Source: Mytilus edulis
Lineage: Eukaryota
Assembly: GCF_963676685.1 (NCBI RefSeq)
Contig: NC_092354.1
Location: forward strand, 37,882,001 to 37,946,000
Reading direction: 5' to 3'
DNA length: 64,000 bases
Position numbers and translations under genes: made by a program. The notes beneath the pieces were generated by a model. That model searched no databases, had not been told where the DNA came from, and was given only the letters and a program-made list of their open reading frames with translations. Shown here piece after piece: positions 50,242-62,841 of the stretch (positions are counted from its first letter, which is position 1; each line of letters opens with the position of its first letter).

Positions 50242-51470
50242 TTACTTGTGTTGGTTGCCATTGGCTCCTCCACTGGTGAAGTCACCCTCTTTTCTTCCTC
50301 CTCCTGGGTGCTGACTGCACTGTTGTTACTGGTGCGACTTCTACAGAGCTTGCCTGAACAGTAATCTCCTGCACTGGCACACTGGTTGTGGACTGAGTCA
50401 CGACGGTCTCTCTCGAGTTTGTCTGACATGGGATGTCATATGCAGGACCATTATTCCCCTGATACTCATCCAGATCGACACATTGTCCCACAATGCGTGC
50501 TCCCGCAAGTGCCTAGTCATCACTGGACATCCAGGAACTGGATAAGCGACGTCTTTGACGCTCAACCTCCAGTTCCTCTCCTTATATCCACTGTATGGGC
50601 CTGTCCAAACCTGAGGCTCCCTGCCCCTCCATGTGTTAGGTATCACCCTCTTAAAACCCATTGGGTCTGTGCTTGCAGGCGCTGAAGCTGACTGCTCCTC
50701 ACTGTTTGCTGTAGGCACTTCCGTCTCATCTGGAGTGACCAGTGTCTCTTCAGAGATGGCAAGTGTCTCTATATCATTTACCAGAACATGTCCTCCTGTT
50801 CTCCTGAGACACTTACCTCAAAGCAAGCTGCTACCGGAGCTGACTGTTCCAGTCTCGATCACCAGGTCCTGTGGCACCTCATCTTTGGTCTCCTCAGGAG
50901 CAAACTGCACTGGAACAGGCACCTCCTGTCCCCCTGGCACACTGACTTCTTGTATTGCTTGTACCTCCAGCAATACTTTGGGCTCCACATAAACAGGTCC
51001 TTCCTGGGCAGGCACTTCCCTCCTGTCCCTTCTCCTGTTGGTGGCTTTATCCAGTATGGTAAAATCAAAGGGCTGGATGCCCACTCCCGGCTGGGAGTCA
51101 CCATACCCACTACTATCCTCCTCACTACCCGTGCTGGAGCACGACATGAAGGACTCAGAGTCAGACATTCTGAAAAATATGAAAAAAATAAACAAACATT
51201 AGTTAAACTGACAATTTACGTATCTAATACAGAATTATTCAACCGACTATTTACAAAATGTGGTAACCTACTCGATTTCTCCCCTCCTTTATCTTTTGAG
51301 GATGGAGTAGGACAGACAAGTTGACAGTTTGGGCAAAAGTAGGGATCTATTTCATTGGCCTCTTGGATGGACATACATATACAGGTTAGATGGAACCATT
51401 ACCTACAGTTATCGCATTATACCATTGTCTCACCCGTGTCTGGGCCCCGACACACACAGCACTGATGGGT
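50242..51470 (-). pseudogene. Pseudogene with PHD-finger exon and acidic/proline-rich exon carrying a C2H2-like finger
   Basis: 51324-51462 reads CCVCRGPDTGETMV*CDNCR*WFHLTCICMSIQEANEIDPYFCPNC (C4HC3, two stops). Acceptor TTTCAG at ~51170. ORFs 50818-51195 and 50398-50718 share a frame, separated by one TGA. Contains YPVPGCPVMTRHLREHALWD. Confidence 0.7.
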
Positions 51471-52369
51471 AGTAGGCTTGGTCTTATTGCCTGCCAAGAC
51501 GTCAACACCTTTTTTTAAATTGATCCCTACATGTTTCTAACCAAGCAGAAATCTTCATATCCCCACATGGCTTGAGTCTGTCATGGTTAGTATTGAAAAC
51601 CACTCGTTGGAGTTTCACCTTACACACGTACCCGGTAACCTTACTAATTATAATACCTGGCCCTTTCCAGTAATCAAATAGCGATCATTATTCAAATAAA
51701 TGAAAGTTTTGGTGGTTTTATGATTTTTCTCCTTGCGTTGTCAATTTTGTGTGTCACTGTTGTATTGAATTCACAGTCGACACACTTTCCCATTTGTTCG
51801 ATTGACTGGTAATTCACATATTCTGCGATAAAATAGATAAAAACACATTTAAAAAGTTCGATTGTAAATAACTGATTGAACGTCCATAATTTTGTTATCA
51901 AATAACTTGATAAAATAAACCATGCAAACATTATTTGTGTACCTGTTTTAAAATGGAACATTACATATATTCACTTGACGTTATATAAAATTAAATTTTC
52001 ATTCACTTGACATTATATAAAAAGATTTTTTCAATATAACAATGAATGAAAACAGGGTAAGTGATGGAGACCATGCAGCAAACAGCAGGAAAAAGTTTTA
52101 ACTTAAAATAAAACTATTTATGGTAGCAGACATTCAATAAGTTAAATAGTAATTCGAAGTTTATGTTAAGAGGTGATGTTATTCTTCAAACACAAACATC
52201 AGAAGCATGCACACAAGTTGTTGTCAGAAAATATTTGGTAATGAAGTCAAAAACCATCAATGCGATTATTATGCATTGTGTTCAATGAAAAATTAAAAGA
52301 GTTCGTCTAAAATAATGTAAGCCAGATATGTTACCCTATTGATTGATCTGTTTTCTAATTTCTTGTTAG

Positions 52370-53580
52370 AAAACAACGAGGAAACTAGAATCATCCTGCT
52401 AGGAAAAACTGGATCAGGCAAGAGCGCCACTGGCAATGCAATAATTGGAGACAGCTTCTTTAAATCTAACCTCAGTGGCAAGTCGGTAACGAAAGAATGT
52501 CAGAAATTTGAAGGAAAATGTAAAGGCCAAAAAATCGTATTAATTGATACACCCGGATTGTTTGACACTTCTTTATCACAAAATACAATCACTGATGAAA
52601 TCATTCGGTGTGCCCATTTGTCCTTACCAGGGCCCCATGTATTTTTGATTGTGCTACAGATAACACGATTAACAAAGGAGGAGACTGAGTCTTTACAACA
52701 ATTATTCGAAATTTTTGGCACGTCTATGGGTAACTATGCCATGATAGTTTTCACAAGATCAGATGAATTAAAAAGGGAAGGGAAAAGTATCGAGTCTTTT
52801 ATTGCTGAAACTGGTTCACCTATCACTGATTTCATAAAGAAATGCAATGATCGTTATATTGCAATCGACAACACGTCAACTGGACAGGACAAGGATCGAA
52901 TGGTCACGGAATTATTGAAGGTTATAAAAGATATGGTCAATGATAACAACGGTAGTCATTTTACAAATAAGATTATTGATGAGGCTGCAGAATCACTTGT
53001 TGAATTGAACAAAACAGAGGATTTAAACCATTTAGATGCAATGGTGTTTAATTCAGATGTAGAGGAGGATGAGAATGAAGGCTACAACAGTTCCATGGGA
53101 AGCCATGATTCCGGAATTTCCATACTATGTCAACCTATTTATGATGAAATATATGCTGAATTCCATCCTGCTGAGACCGAGCTCTACGACCGAATCGACA
53201 AAGCCGAGCTTGAAATTGATACAGACGAGAAAAATAAAAAAGAATTGCACGAAATAAATGAGAAGGCTATAGAGGAAATCGATTTAGAATTAGCAAAGAA
53301 AAGAAGAGAACTCGAAGAAATCGTAGCAAACCATGAACGCGTAACAAATCAATGCCGTACAATTGAACAACAAAAGAAAGAGCTTGAACGAAAGGCAAAG
53401 AATGATACTCAAGAATGTGATTCAAAGTTGAAGCTTCTTAACAAAAAAAGAAAATTACTTGAGAAAAAGAAAAGACAAATTGCTCTAAAAAAGAACGAAT
53501 TAAGACAAAGAATTACAAAAGAGTCTGCAAATTTGCAAACCGAACTTAACACCCCTCAAAATGGTTGCTTGTTAATGTAA
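52370..53580 (+). CDS. GIMAP: GIMAP/AIG1-family GTPase with C-terminal coiled coil and CaaX box (main coding exon)
   Basis: G1 GKTGSGKS, G2 SVT, G3 DTPG, conserved box LPGPHVFLIV, G4 TRSD, G5 IDN. Charged heptads, ending CLLM-stop. Acceptor TTTCTTGTTAG at 52359-52369; the start exon was not identified. Confidence 0.93.
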
Positions 53581-53864
53581 AAAATGAAATGAAAACTCTT
53601 AATATAAAGACACTTCAAAAGTTTCATGTGTTATCTTATCGTAAAACTAGTCCTGTCAAATATAAAAAAAAGTATATTAAGGTTGATTTCAAACTTTAAA
53701 TAACGATAATATGTTTTCTTCCGGATTTTAATTTTTAATGTTGTTATACTTATTTGTAATCTTAGCAATTAAATTTATGTTCAGAACAATCATCATCTTA
53801 TTATAATTAGTATATTAAAAAAAAATGAATTGCAAAGGAGTGATGTTTTGTTTTATTTGTTGAG

Positions 53865-53906
53865 CGCCACTGATGAGTCCTATTTAGACGAAACGCACAT
53901 CTGGCG
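53865..53906 (+). ncRNA. Solo type I hammerhead ribozyme motif (stem III mismatched)
   Basis: CGCCA-CUGAUGA-GUC(CUAUUUA)GAC-GAAA-CGCACA-UC|UGGCG. Confidence 0.7.
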
Positions 53907-54529
53907 TACCAAATTATAAGCCTGTTACCTTTACTGTATATATTCAGTAATATGATTTCAAAGCTTTCACTTTCTTCAAATGTCGTCTGAAATGGAGTGG
54001 CAACTTTATCCAAACAATTTTGAATTAGGAAAGTCTGTATATGTGCAAGCAAAGAAAAACAATACGAAAATGAACAGTAAAATATATAAACACAATATGT
54101 TACATCTGAAAAATATTGCACAGACTCTATAGATAACTATAGTAAATCACACGAGACGTTAAACCGCATGGTTCTATTACCATAGTTAAACACCCTAAAC
54201 GTCCCAAAAATCCAATGTTTTTAAAAGATTAGATGAAGACTAAACAACTAGCAGAATGGTTGGTCGTACTGAGGTTATCATTAGACTGGCAGGTGATTTT
54301 ATTATTAATGTAATATCCCAAAGGCTGCTTGTCACTGTTTAGACCAAATTAATATCTCTTTCGTATATATTCAAACAATTGTCGGAAAATTATTTTTGTA
54401 TTCCGAGGTTTTATCCTATCAAATATAAGACTTTCTGTCCGATTACCGACCTCAATAATCACAACTGTAAACATAAGTTACCCTTTGGGAAAGAGCAGTC
54501 ATATTGACAAGTTGAAATCTAAATACAAA

Positions 54530-55175
54530 ATTAAACATTCAACATTCAACAATCGTTTTCAATATGCAACATTCGTTATCAACATTATGATTTCCACTTT
54601 CAACAATCGTTTTCAACATTCTACATTCAAAATCCGTTTTTTACATTCCATATTTAATTTTCAACATTCGTTTTAAACATTCAACAATCGTTTTCAACTT
54701 TCAACATTGGTTTTCAACATTCAACATTCGTTTTCTTCATTCGATTTTCACAACATTCAACATTTGTTATTAACTTTTATCATTCGTATTCAACATTCAG
54801 CATTCTTTTTCAACATGACATTTTCGTGTTCAACCTGAAATATTCGTATTCAACATCCAGCATTCATTTTCAACATGAAATATTCGTTTTCAACACGAAA
54901 TATTCGTTTTCAACATGAAATATTCGTTTTCAACATGAAATATTCGTTTTCAACATGATATATTCGTTTTCAACATGAAATATGAAATATTCGTTTCCAA
55001 CGTTCAACATTCGAATGCACTATTCAACATTCAATTTTTATATTTTTTGTTCTAACCTTTTTTTCAACTTCTGAATATTCATCTTTCGTTTTCAACATTG
55101 TGATTTCATATTTCAACATAAATTTTCGACATTCAACATTCATGTTTTACTTTTAAAATACGTTTTTAACATTCG
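54530..55175. repeat. TTTTCAACA-based minisatellite including a 20-bp array
   Basis: TATTCGTTTTCAACATGAAA-like unit about 7 times at 54841-54990, within a degenerate (TTCAACA)n tract. Confidence 0.85.
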
Positions 55176-55179
55176 ATTT

Positions 55180-55348
55180 GGATCCGTAGGTGGCCTGTTG
55201 CAAGGCAAAATTTCTGTACCTATCCAAAACATCCGCATTTTCCAGTGGCAGTCCAAATATCTCCGACCATCATCCTAGATGGCCTCTTTAGGCACAAGAC
55301 TTACCTCTTGTGTTTATTGTGAACTTGTTCTCGTCCTGAATATGCATA
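55180..55348 (+). mobile_element. SINE family A, internal fragment
   Basis: TCCGTAGGTGGCCTGTTGCAAGGCAAAATTTCTG..GTCCTGAATATGCAT. Confidence 0.8.
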
Positions 55349-56238
55349 AGGCTTACATATATACAAATTGACTAAGATTATTTAGAATCTGAGTGAAGCA
55401 TACATGCCACAATAACACCACATCACAAGACTCGAGCTTATGAAAAAATAAATACAATGACTGGTCTTAATTGAACAGTAACATATAAATATTGTGTAAA
55501 CTGGTTCGCTTTCATTATGTTTAGATTATTTCAACGTTATTACATATGGCATCTATCGTCAATCAGTAAATAAACTAGTATTATTTGTGGTACGCATTCT
55601 GAAACCAAAGCAGAATTGCTCATGCTACAAATGTACAATATATAAGTATGTCAATTTTAACATTTAACATGTAATCTGTGTATAGCCGTGATCGTCTAGT
55701 CGTTAGCACCGAAACAACAACTGTGATACTCAGAGGTTCGTGCCTAGTACCAGGAATGATTTTTCTTTATTTTAATTTTGTTCTCTACCAAAATATCTAA
55801 GAGGTATTTATATTTCATTTTACATATCAAATGGAGGATTTTGTTTCTGGATTTACAGTCAAAGAAGTAGTTTCACAGTCGTAGCTTATCACAATTTATT
55901 CACATTATAGGCAGTTAAATGTTGATGTATATTTGGAACATTAATAATCAAACAGACAAAAACAAAGTGATGGTAGGATAGCATTATAATACTAATTCCA
56001 AAAGTAAGAATCTGCTATGATGAAAAGGGAAAGGCCTTGTACGTTAAAAGGGATAAGTGTATTGTATACATGGATGTTTATTTTATCAAGAACTGTACTA
56101 ATGAATAATATTTACAATTCCTTTATTGTATAATGTTTATATATTTTATTAGATAACAAAAAGACAGAAATACAGTTTATTGACATCTATTGACAAATAT
56201 ACGCTTTAAGAGTGATATTTAAACAGTACTTTATATAA

Positions 56239-56321
56239 GCACTCGTGGTCTAGTGGTATCATGCATATACTACGGACAATACAACTCGCGAGTTCGAACC
56301 TTTCATCAGTCACTCGTTTTT
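56239..56321 (+). promoter_or_regulatory. tRNA-derived Pol III promoter-like sequence (not a functional tRNA)
   Basis: A box TGGTCTAGTGG, B box AGTTCGAACC 34 nt later, then T5. No cloverleaf. A weaker copy lies at 55685-55764. Confidence 0.45.
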
Positions 56322-56715
56322 GAGAGGATTACATTTCGTAAGTTAAAAACTGAAAGTTATGGCATAAGTTATCTTAAGTTAACATGGTGGTAATTGAATT
56401 CTTTAAAAAAATCCACTGTTAGAACAATAGACTGACGTCAGATAAATGGGTTAATGTCTACAATATCATATAGATATACAAAGATGGGTAATGAGTTCTA
56501 ATGAGACAATGCACCATCCAAGTCAAAATGTGTCAAATGTAAACAATTATAGTAAAAGAACGGCCCTTAATAATGAGCTTTGGATCCGTATAAACAGCTA
56601 TTTTTAGTTTGACCACCGTTTGTACGTTTTCTAAATACATTTTTCTGTAAAATGGATTCCAAGAATTGTACGTAACATTTCTGAATTATATTCATAAACC
56701 AAAACAATTTAAACT

Positions 56716-57060
56716 TAAAGGGGCACTAGCTACGCGATATATACAAAATTTTAAAGTATGATTTGTTTTGCTCAATTATTAATGAAAGTGAAATGATAAT
56801 TCACTTTTTTTAGCTGAAATAATTCAATGTTGTCAAATTAAGCTAATATTTATAATGAATAATTCACTTGCAAGTGAAAAATTCTAACTCATTAAATTTG
56901 AAATCATTTGAACTCCAAGTTTATCCCGTAGAAAGAGATAGAATAACACATGCATTATCCGTGTAGAGTGTGTTTTTTTAAATTTAAAGAATGTTTACAT
57001 TGAAAGTCAAACACAGGTAATTAATTTGATTTACTGATTCCATCCACAATACACATTTTT
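56716..57060 (+). mobile_element. Probable Kolobok-type element end
   Basis: TTAA followed by AGGGGCACTAGCT (TTAA target, purine-purine start). The opposite end was not found, so the right boundary is approximate. Confidence 0.4.
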
Positions 57061-59638
57061 AATTTATGTTTCATGATGATAGAGTTTGCTATTTTACAGG
57101 CGAAATCTGCCATAAAGTATTTTTTAAGAGAAAGTGCATTTTATACTCGGAATAAGGGCATTTAATGTTGTGGTTGTATTCATTTGTAAAATTGTTTTAA
57201 TAGTATGGTGTGTTATGCTATTGATATATATTATAGATGTAATATAAATGAATTTTTATATGTATTTTTACAGTCTCTCATAACTCTTTTTAGAGTGGCT
57301 CTTTTATACATTTCTAGGTTAATATTTTATTGTGTTTTATATCAAATGTTTTAAGGAGGTGAGACTCTAATAAATTTTTGGTTGTTGTTGTTGTTTGATA
57401 TATGTTCACTTTGGTGTTCCTCTGACTGTTAAATAATTGCTAATTGAAGCGCCTGTTTCGATATATGGGATATATAAGTATGTAACCCGACCGCCATTAT
57501 AAGGACGTTAAATCCGACAAGACTTGTAAAGAGATAGCCATTAAATATAACAACAATTGTTAGGTTCATAGGTTGTCTGTTGCATTTCAATATATCTGTG
57601 CCTATCCTATATTCCCTCTTTTTCAAATGAGTTAAAACTTCCCCGAATCCTTCTTCCCGTCTGACTCTTCCTATTGTATGAATGATTATTGTTCTTGTTC
57701 TGAATATGTACTAAATAAATGACACAGGTCTCAAAAAGTTGCTTAAACCAATTATTACGTTAATAAATCAAAAGCTACTAAAATAAACAAACAAATCATC
57801 GGAATTCTATTTGGATACATAAGGTAGTACTTTTTGAATTTGTGTGAAGGAGACAATGGGAGATAGACCAAAGTTACAATATATTTTTATACGGCAGTAT
57901 ACATCGATATGAAAAAGATCAAAGCATTAATAAAAAAACACACGAAGGTGTATAATGACCATTTGCTAGGTCTGTTTGGTTTCATTTTATAGATTTATGA
58001 ATAAAGTCGTGTTATCTATAAAAGAATAACACTTTCTGTGGAAAGATAGTTCTAGAATATAGTTAGTACTGGTATGTCTGTTGTTAAATATTTCAATGTT
58101 GACATTGTTTTACTTTAAATAAATAAAGCTTTCGTTTCTTATATCATCGCATGATATTGAATTTACATGCATATGGATCAAAATAAGGTCAAACTAATTA
58201 CTCGCGAGTCAACAAACACATCATTGACGGGGTTTTGCTATTCTGACGAAATTCGATCAAAGCACATGTAGCACAACATTGTTTTAATATTAATATTTAA
58301 CCACGTTTCAAATAAAACAGTCATAAGTTCATGATTTGTCTTATTCGAAGCTAAATGTCTTCAACAATCTAGTATTTATTCTTGAATATGCTCGTTAATA
58401 CTACAAAAAGTACTCAAAATCATAGTATAGGTTATTCTTTTCAAACGTGCACACAACAATTGCAAATATGTTACATTACTACACAAGATCTTTCTCTTGG
58501 TTTCATGGTTTATAATACTTTACCGCTGAGACTGCTAGAAAATAAAAATAAAAGACATTTAAAGGCAACAATTTTATAAACAAGTAAAATGCATTAGGAA
58601 TGCAAAAACAAAAACACACGAAAAAGCCGGCATGAGCTGACAGTGTACCTATTATCATTGTTTATTTTGTGTTGTTCACCTATAATTGTCAATTTAATAT
58701 GATTTTTTGCGACTGTCATGTAAGTAAGCGAATAAGCTAGCTATAATGCCATGTAAAATCCACCGCTGACTACACTAGAAAAGGTCTGCACTGTGTAAAT
58801 ATTATTACAGTTGAGATGCATTCGTTCGATATATTTGATCTTTTCATTTTGCCATTAAATTATGGACTAGTTTCCTCAGAGTTTGGTAATATTTTATTTT
58901 ATCTTTTTATTTGTGTTTTTTGCTGATTTAATTTAATGACAGAAATTGTAAATGATAAATATGAAATATGCTTTTCTGTAATTCATACTTACGGTTTCTG
59001 TGTGTTGTTAGAATACTTTTCTATTTGTATATCAATATAAATTCCTAGTCTGTAATAACAAACATAAATAAATTTGACAGATACCCTTTAAAAAGAAATA
59101 CATATTTGTTGTACCCTGTTTATTTATATCTTTCAATATAAATATTGACCATATTATGCTTTTCATAACAATGAGTGTATATTCACTGGTAATAGTTTAA
59201 TTGTCGTAAATAGTTTTGTTCTCGACACAACCATGTTAAAGTTAAACATAAAGTAGTAGGCTGCTTCCTAGATTATCAGATTTGATAAATCAGTTCTATA
59301 TACATTAATGATTTTGTGCATACTAAAGATGCTTATCAACCCTTGTAGGATACTGCACATGGTTTGAAATATTTAAAAAAAGTCTTTCCCTTCAACTGTT
59401 TCAAGCAATGTCAAAATATGTATTATATAAAATGAATTCACGGTCAATCTATGCATGCTATGTAAGAATGTCAAAAGGAGTACTTTTTATTACATCGGTA
59501 CACCTATGATCAATATAATCACATGTTAGTCGAGATCATCAGCATAATGAGTTTAAAATCAAATATAACGTTATATGGAGTACACTGTTTTTTGTATTGT
59601 ATTGGTACACTTACAGATTCAGTGTAATTAATAACAGC

Positions 59639-60121
59639 TTACGTTTTATTAAGTGATTCCGTTGCCTCAAGATTCTCATGTTCAGTCTGTCCACTGTATG
59701 CCAAGCCAGTTGCACAGTAACATGCAAAATGTTCACAATTAAATGTCGTCAAGTTATACTCTACATCAGACTTGTCAAAAATTAAGACCATCATTTTAGC
59801 CCTCTTCTTAACAAGTTTACTCGAAAAAGACATTTTTTGGTATTTACAGTAGAAAAGGTCATCATGAAACTTGAGTGTTTTTCTTTGAACGCTAGGTCGA
59901 CTATTTCTGCATAATACTGCTAAACATGTATTAAAAGCAGACTCTGTAGCCTTTAATTCAACAATTTCAAATCTATTGCAGGTTTTATCAATGTTTATGA
60001 CAATCCCATGATGTTTATAGATAAAGCTTTTATCTGCAATTTTTATTCGGCCAAATGCAATTTGCATTCCAATCTGTAAATCATCAGCAACTAGAAGTTG
60101 TCCTTCTATTTTGTTATTGAT
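59639..60121 (-). CDS. LRAT/PLAAT-like (permuted NlpC/P60) domain, terminal coding exon
   Basis: H-box YKHHGIV and NC motif YNLTTFNCEHFACYCATG..SGQ. Phase-0 acceptor TTTGTTTATTGCAG ending at 60122. Frame open to the stop. Confidence 0.85.
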   Translation of the reverse strand: MNNKIEGQLLVADDLQIGMQIAFGRIKIADKSFIYKHHGIVINIDKTCNRFEIVELKATESAFNTCLAVLCRNSRPSVQRKTLKFHDDLFYCKYQKMSFSSKLVKKRAKMMVLIFDKSDVEYNLTTFNCEHFACYCATGLAYSGQTEHENLEATESLNKT

Positions 60122-61751
60122 CTGCAATAAACAAAATATGTCAGGCTATTTTTCATTGCATCTGATAACATTTGATGAAACAAAACATTCCAAACATAAA
60201 AAGTAAGCAGACAACCCTGGTACTATAAACAAATATGCTAACAGGTTTTTAATCATGACAAGATTGTTTCTAGAAGAATTAGCAAAATCAAAACACACAT
60301 TAAATATAGATATTATGTCTATCTAATTTTGCAATTAAAATCACAAATTCTTAAAGAATTTAATTTGAAAATATTAGGCTGGATTTTTTATCGTGTTCAT
60401 TATCATTAAGAGTTACCGACAACAATAATAATGTCAACCCTACTGATACTAAAAACACTTAGTTTACATTTATTCATTTGGAAAACATAAGCCTGAGACC
60501 AGATTCTGATTTTACAATGAATTAACTCGATATTTCAATAGATATATATATATCGGTAACCAGATTTAGCATGTGTCGCTCACATTGTTTTATGCGCAAA
60601 CAAAGGACACTCTCAATCATTGTAGACGGGAAAGCCCTTTAAATGTTAAATAAGTTGATCCTGCCTTACTGATTGCTTATAATATTTTAGTTTCTCTCTA
60701 TCTTCCTTATTGCTTGCTAAATAAATATAAGAAGTTTTCGAACTTCTCAGCTGATGGCAATGATACTCCTATTAAACGTGATTGTCTACTAACTATATCG
60801 GCACCATCTGATTTTTTAATAGAAATTGATAATTTTGTCGATTTTAATTATTTTTTTTTTTAAATATATCAGACTCAACATGTGTTCACCTTTCGGATTT
60901 TCTGTTTATATCGTTTCATAATATACAAAACAGAAAATGCTTTTAACCACTATGTTTTATTTTTAGACCGTCGGTCATGTGTTGGCAGAAAGGGTCATTG
61001 GCCAAATTTTTAAAATGAGATACCTCAATGATGATTGTGGCCAAGTTGAGAGGTAAAGTTTAGTCAGGTTGTTTAGAGGAGATGTTTTTTTTAATAAACA
61101 GACGATAACAGTCTACGACGGACGAAAGACTATGGACACCAAGTGATGAGAAGAGCTCACTTGGCTCTTTTGGTCAGGTAATCGAATAAAAAGCAAAATC
61201 AAAACACGTACAGAAAACAAACATTTTATTTGTTATTACTAGAAAACTAAATTTGGTATTTAGATCTGAATAGAATATCGATCAATGGAGTTGTGTTCTT
61301 CGTTTCAGTGCTTAAAACTTATCTTGTGCATTAAAACAGTGCTGGTCAAAAAAGTTACTTGCAATCGAATCAGACCTGCTTAGTCAAAGTTGAAACCGTT
61401 GTCTTTTTTTTTTGAAACAGCATATTTCACCATCCGAAACTATTAAATAGTGCAAGGTTTTCTGAAATTCAACTGTCAGAACGGTACTAATTTGATAGCA
61501 AACAACTATGTTAAACGTACATTAAACTCGTCACATCACGTCCATTGTTCAGACCTTTCAGATGTTGCTTAATTGATTTAAAAGATACCAAATGGCATTT
61601 CGAACTAGTTTAAAAACATATGTCTTCGACGGTGTAAATTCATGCATTATCAACTGAAATTCATGAAGACAAATTTAACAACCTAACCCCTTGAATTTTG
61701 CAGGCCCTCTACCTTATAACTTGGGTGGCTAGTAATCATTTCATGAGTTGA

Positions 61752-62320
61752 GGAGGCTCGCGGGTACAAAATTTCAGTGAAAAAATTAAACGTTTGTTTT
61801 TTCATAAAAAATTCTATTCATTACACTACTAGTATTAGTTATTACTTTATGATATGGTACAAACATTTACCAAAAAAATCGATTCTGTTCGGCCCCGATG
61901 ACTTTTAAAACGTTTGTATCATTGAAAAAGCTCCAATTGATCTCCCTTTGGTGAAAAAATGCTATTCTTTGGCATTAAAATTAAAATATCTTTTTTTACT
62001 CATCGGTGACCTATGTTTTTTTATTTTTGTGCTCAAATAAGCTATACATAAAGTAAATAATTGTAAAATTTAAGCGATTTCTGTAATTAGTTTTTTTTTT
62101 TATTTCGATATAACCTTTTTTTCTCCTATTAGTTCAACAGAAAAAAAGTACCTCTACAAAAATGTATGCTTCTTTCGAAGGCAGATTGTGAGCGTAAATG
62201 ATCGGTGACCCCTCTTTTTTATTTCATTTTTCTATGAGATATAAGATAAAGTTCATTTATAGAAAAAAAAGCGAAATCTTATATTAGATAAAAAAAAATG
62301 ATTTAGACCCGCGAGCCCCC
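61752..62320. mobile_element. 569-bp Kolobok-type MITE
   Basis: TIRs GGAGGCTCGCGGGT and ACCCGCGAGCCCCC, flanked by TTGA and TTAA (TTAA TSD, one mutated). Confidence 0.75.
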
Positions 62321-62809
62321 TTAATACTTCGTGTTATCTATTTGCCACTGAACAACAGATTAACTAGGCAATCAATGACTTAATTATTATAAAATAGGCA
62401 TCTCTTGACAGTAAAAATCTTACAATCTTTCAATCAATTAATTATACAATGTAGCAAACAAATCAATACGATCTACTAGTACCTAGTGATATTTGAATGT
62501 GACAGTATGCAAATATCAATATATCTATAAACTTACCAGTACCGAAGCATAAATTTCAGGAAACAAGTGATGATAAGGACCAAATGCATGAAGTTTTTTC
62601 CTTTATGTCCTGTGGGAAAACTTCCCTAACTAAACTTAAAATACTTACCCGCGCAAGTCTGTCAGCCAAGGACTCAAATGACAAATTATGGGGAAGTCGG
62701 ACTTGTAGTTGTAACTATACTAACTGATGTATAAATATTTTTGTCTTTGGGTTCAGAGGATCGACAAGAAATATATTTTTTTATATTTATCGGAAGCCAG
62801 TTTTTTTTT

Positions 62810-62841
<32 letters not shown>

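Noticed and set aside
52042-52062. ATGAATGAAAACAGG|GTAAGT as the GIMAP start exon
   Set aside because: Its two ATGs give phase 0 or 2, while the acceptor at 52369 needs phase 1.
62531-62720. Upstream coding exons of the LRAT-like gene (minus-strand GTAAGT donors at ~62536 and ~62648)
   Set aside because: The nearest ATG gives phase 2 rather than the required phase 0. They could be UTR exons, but this cannot be supported without RNA data.
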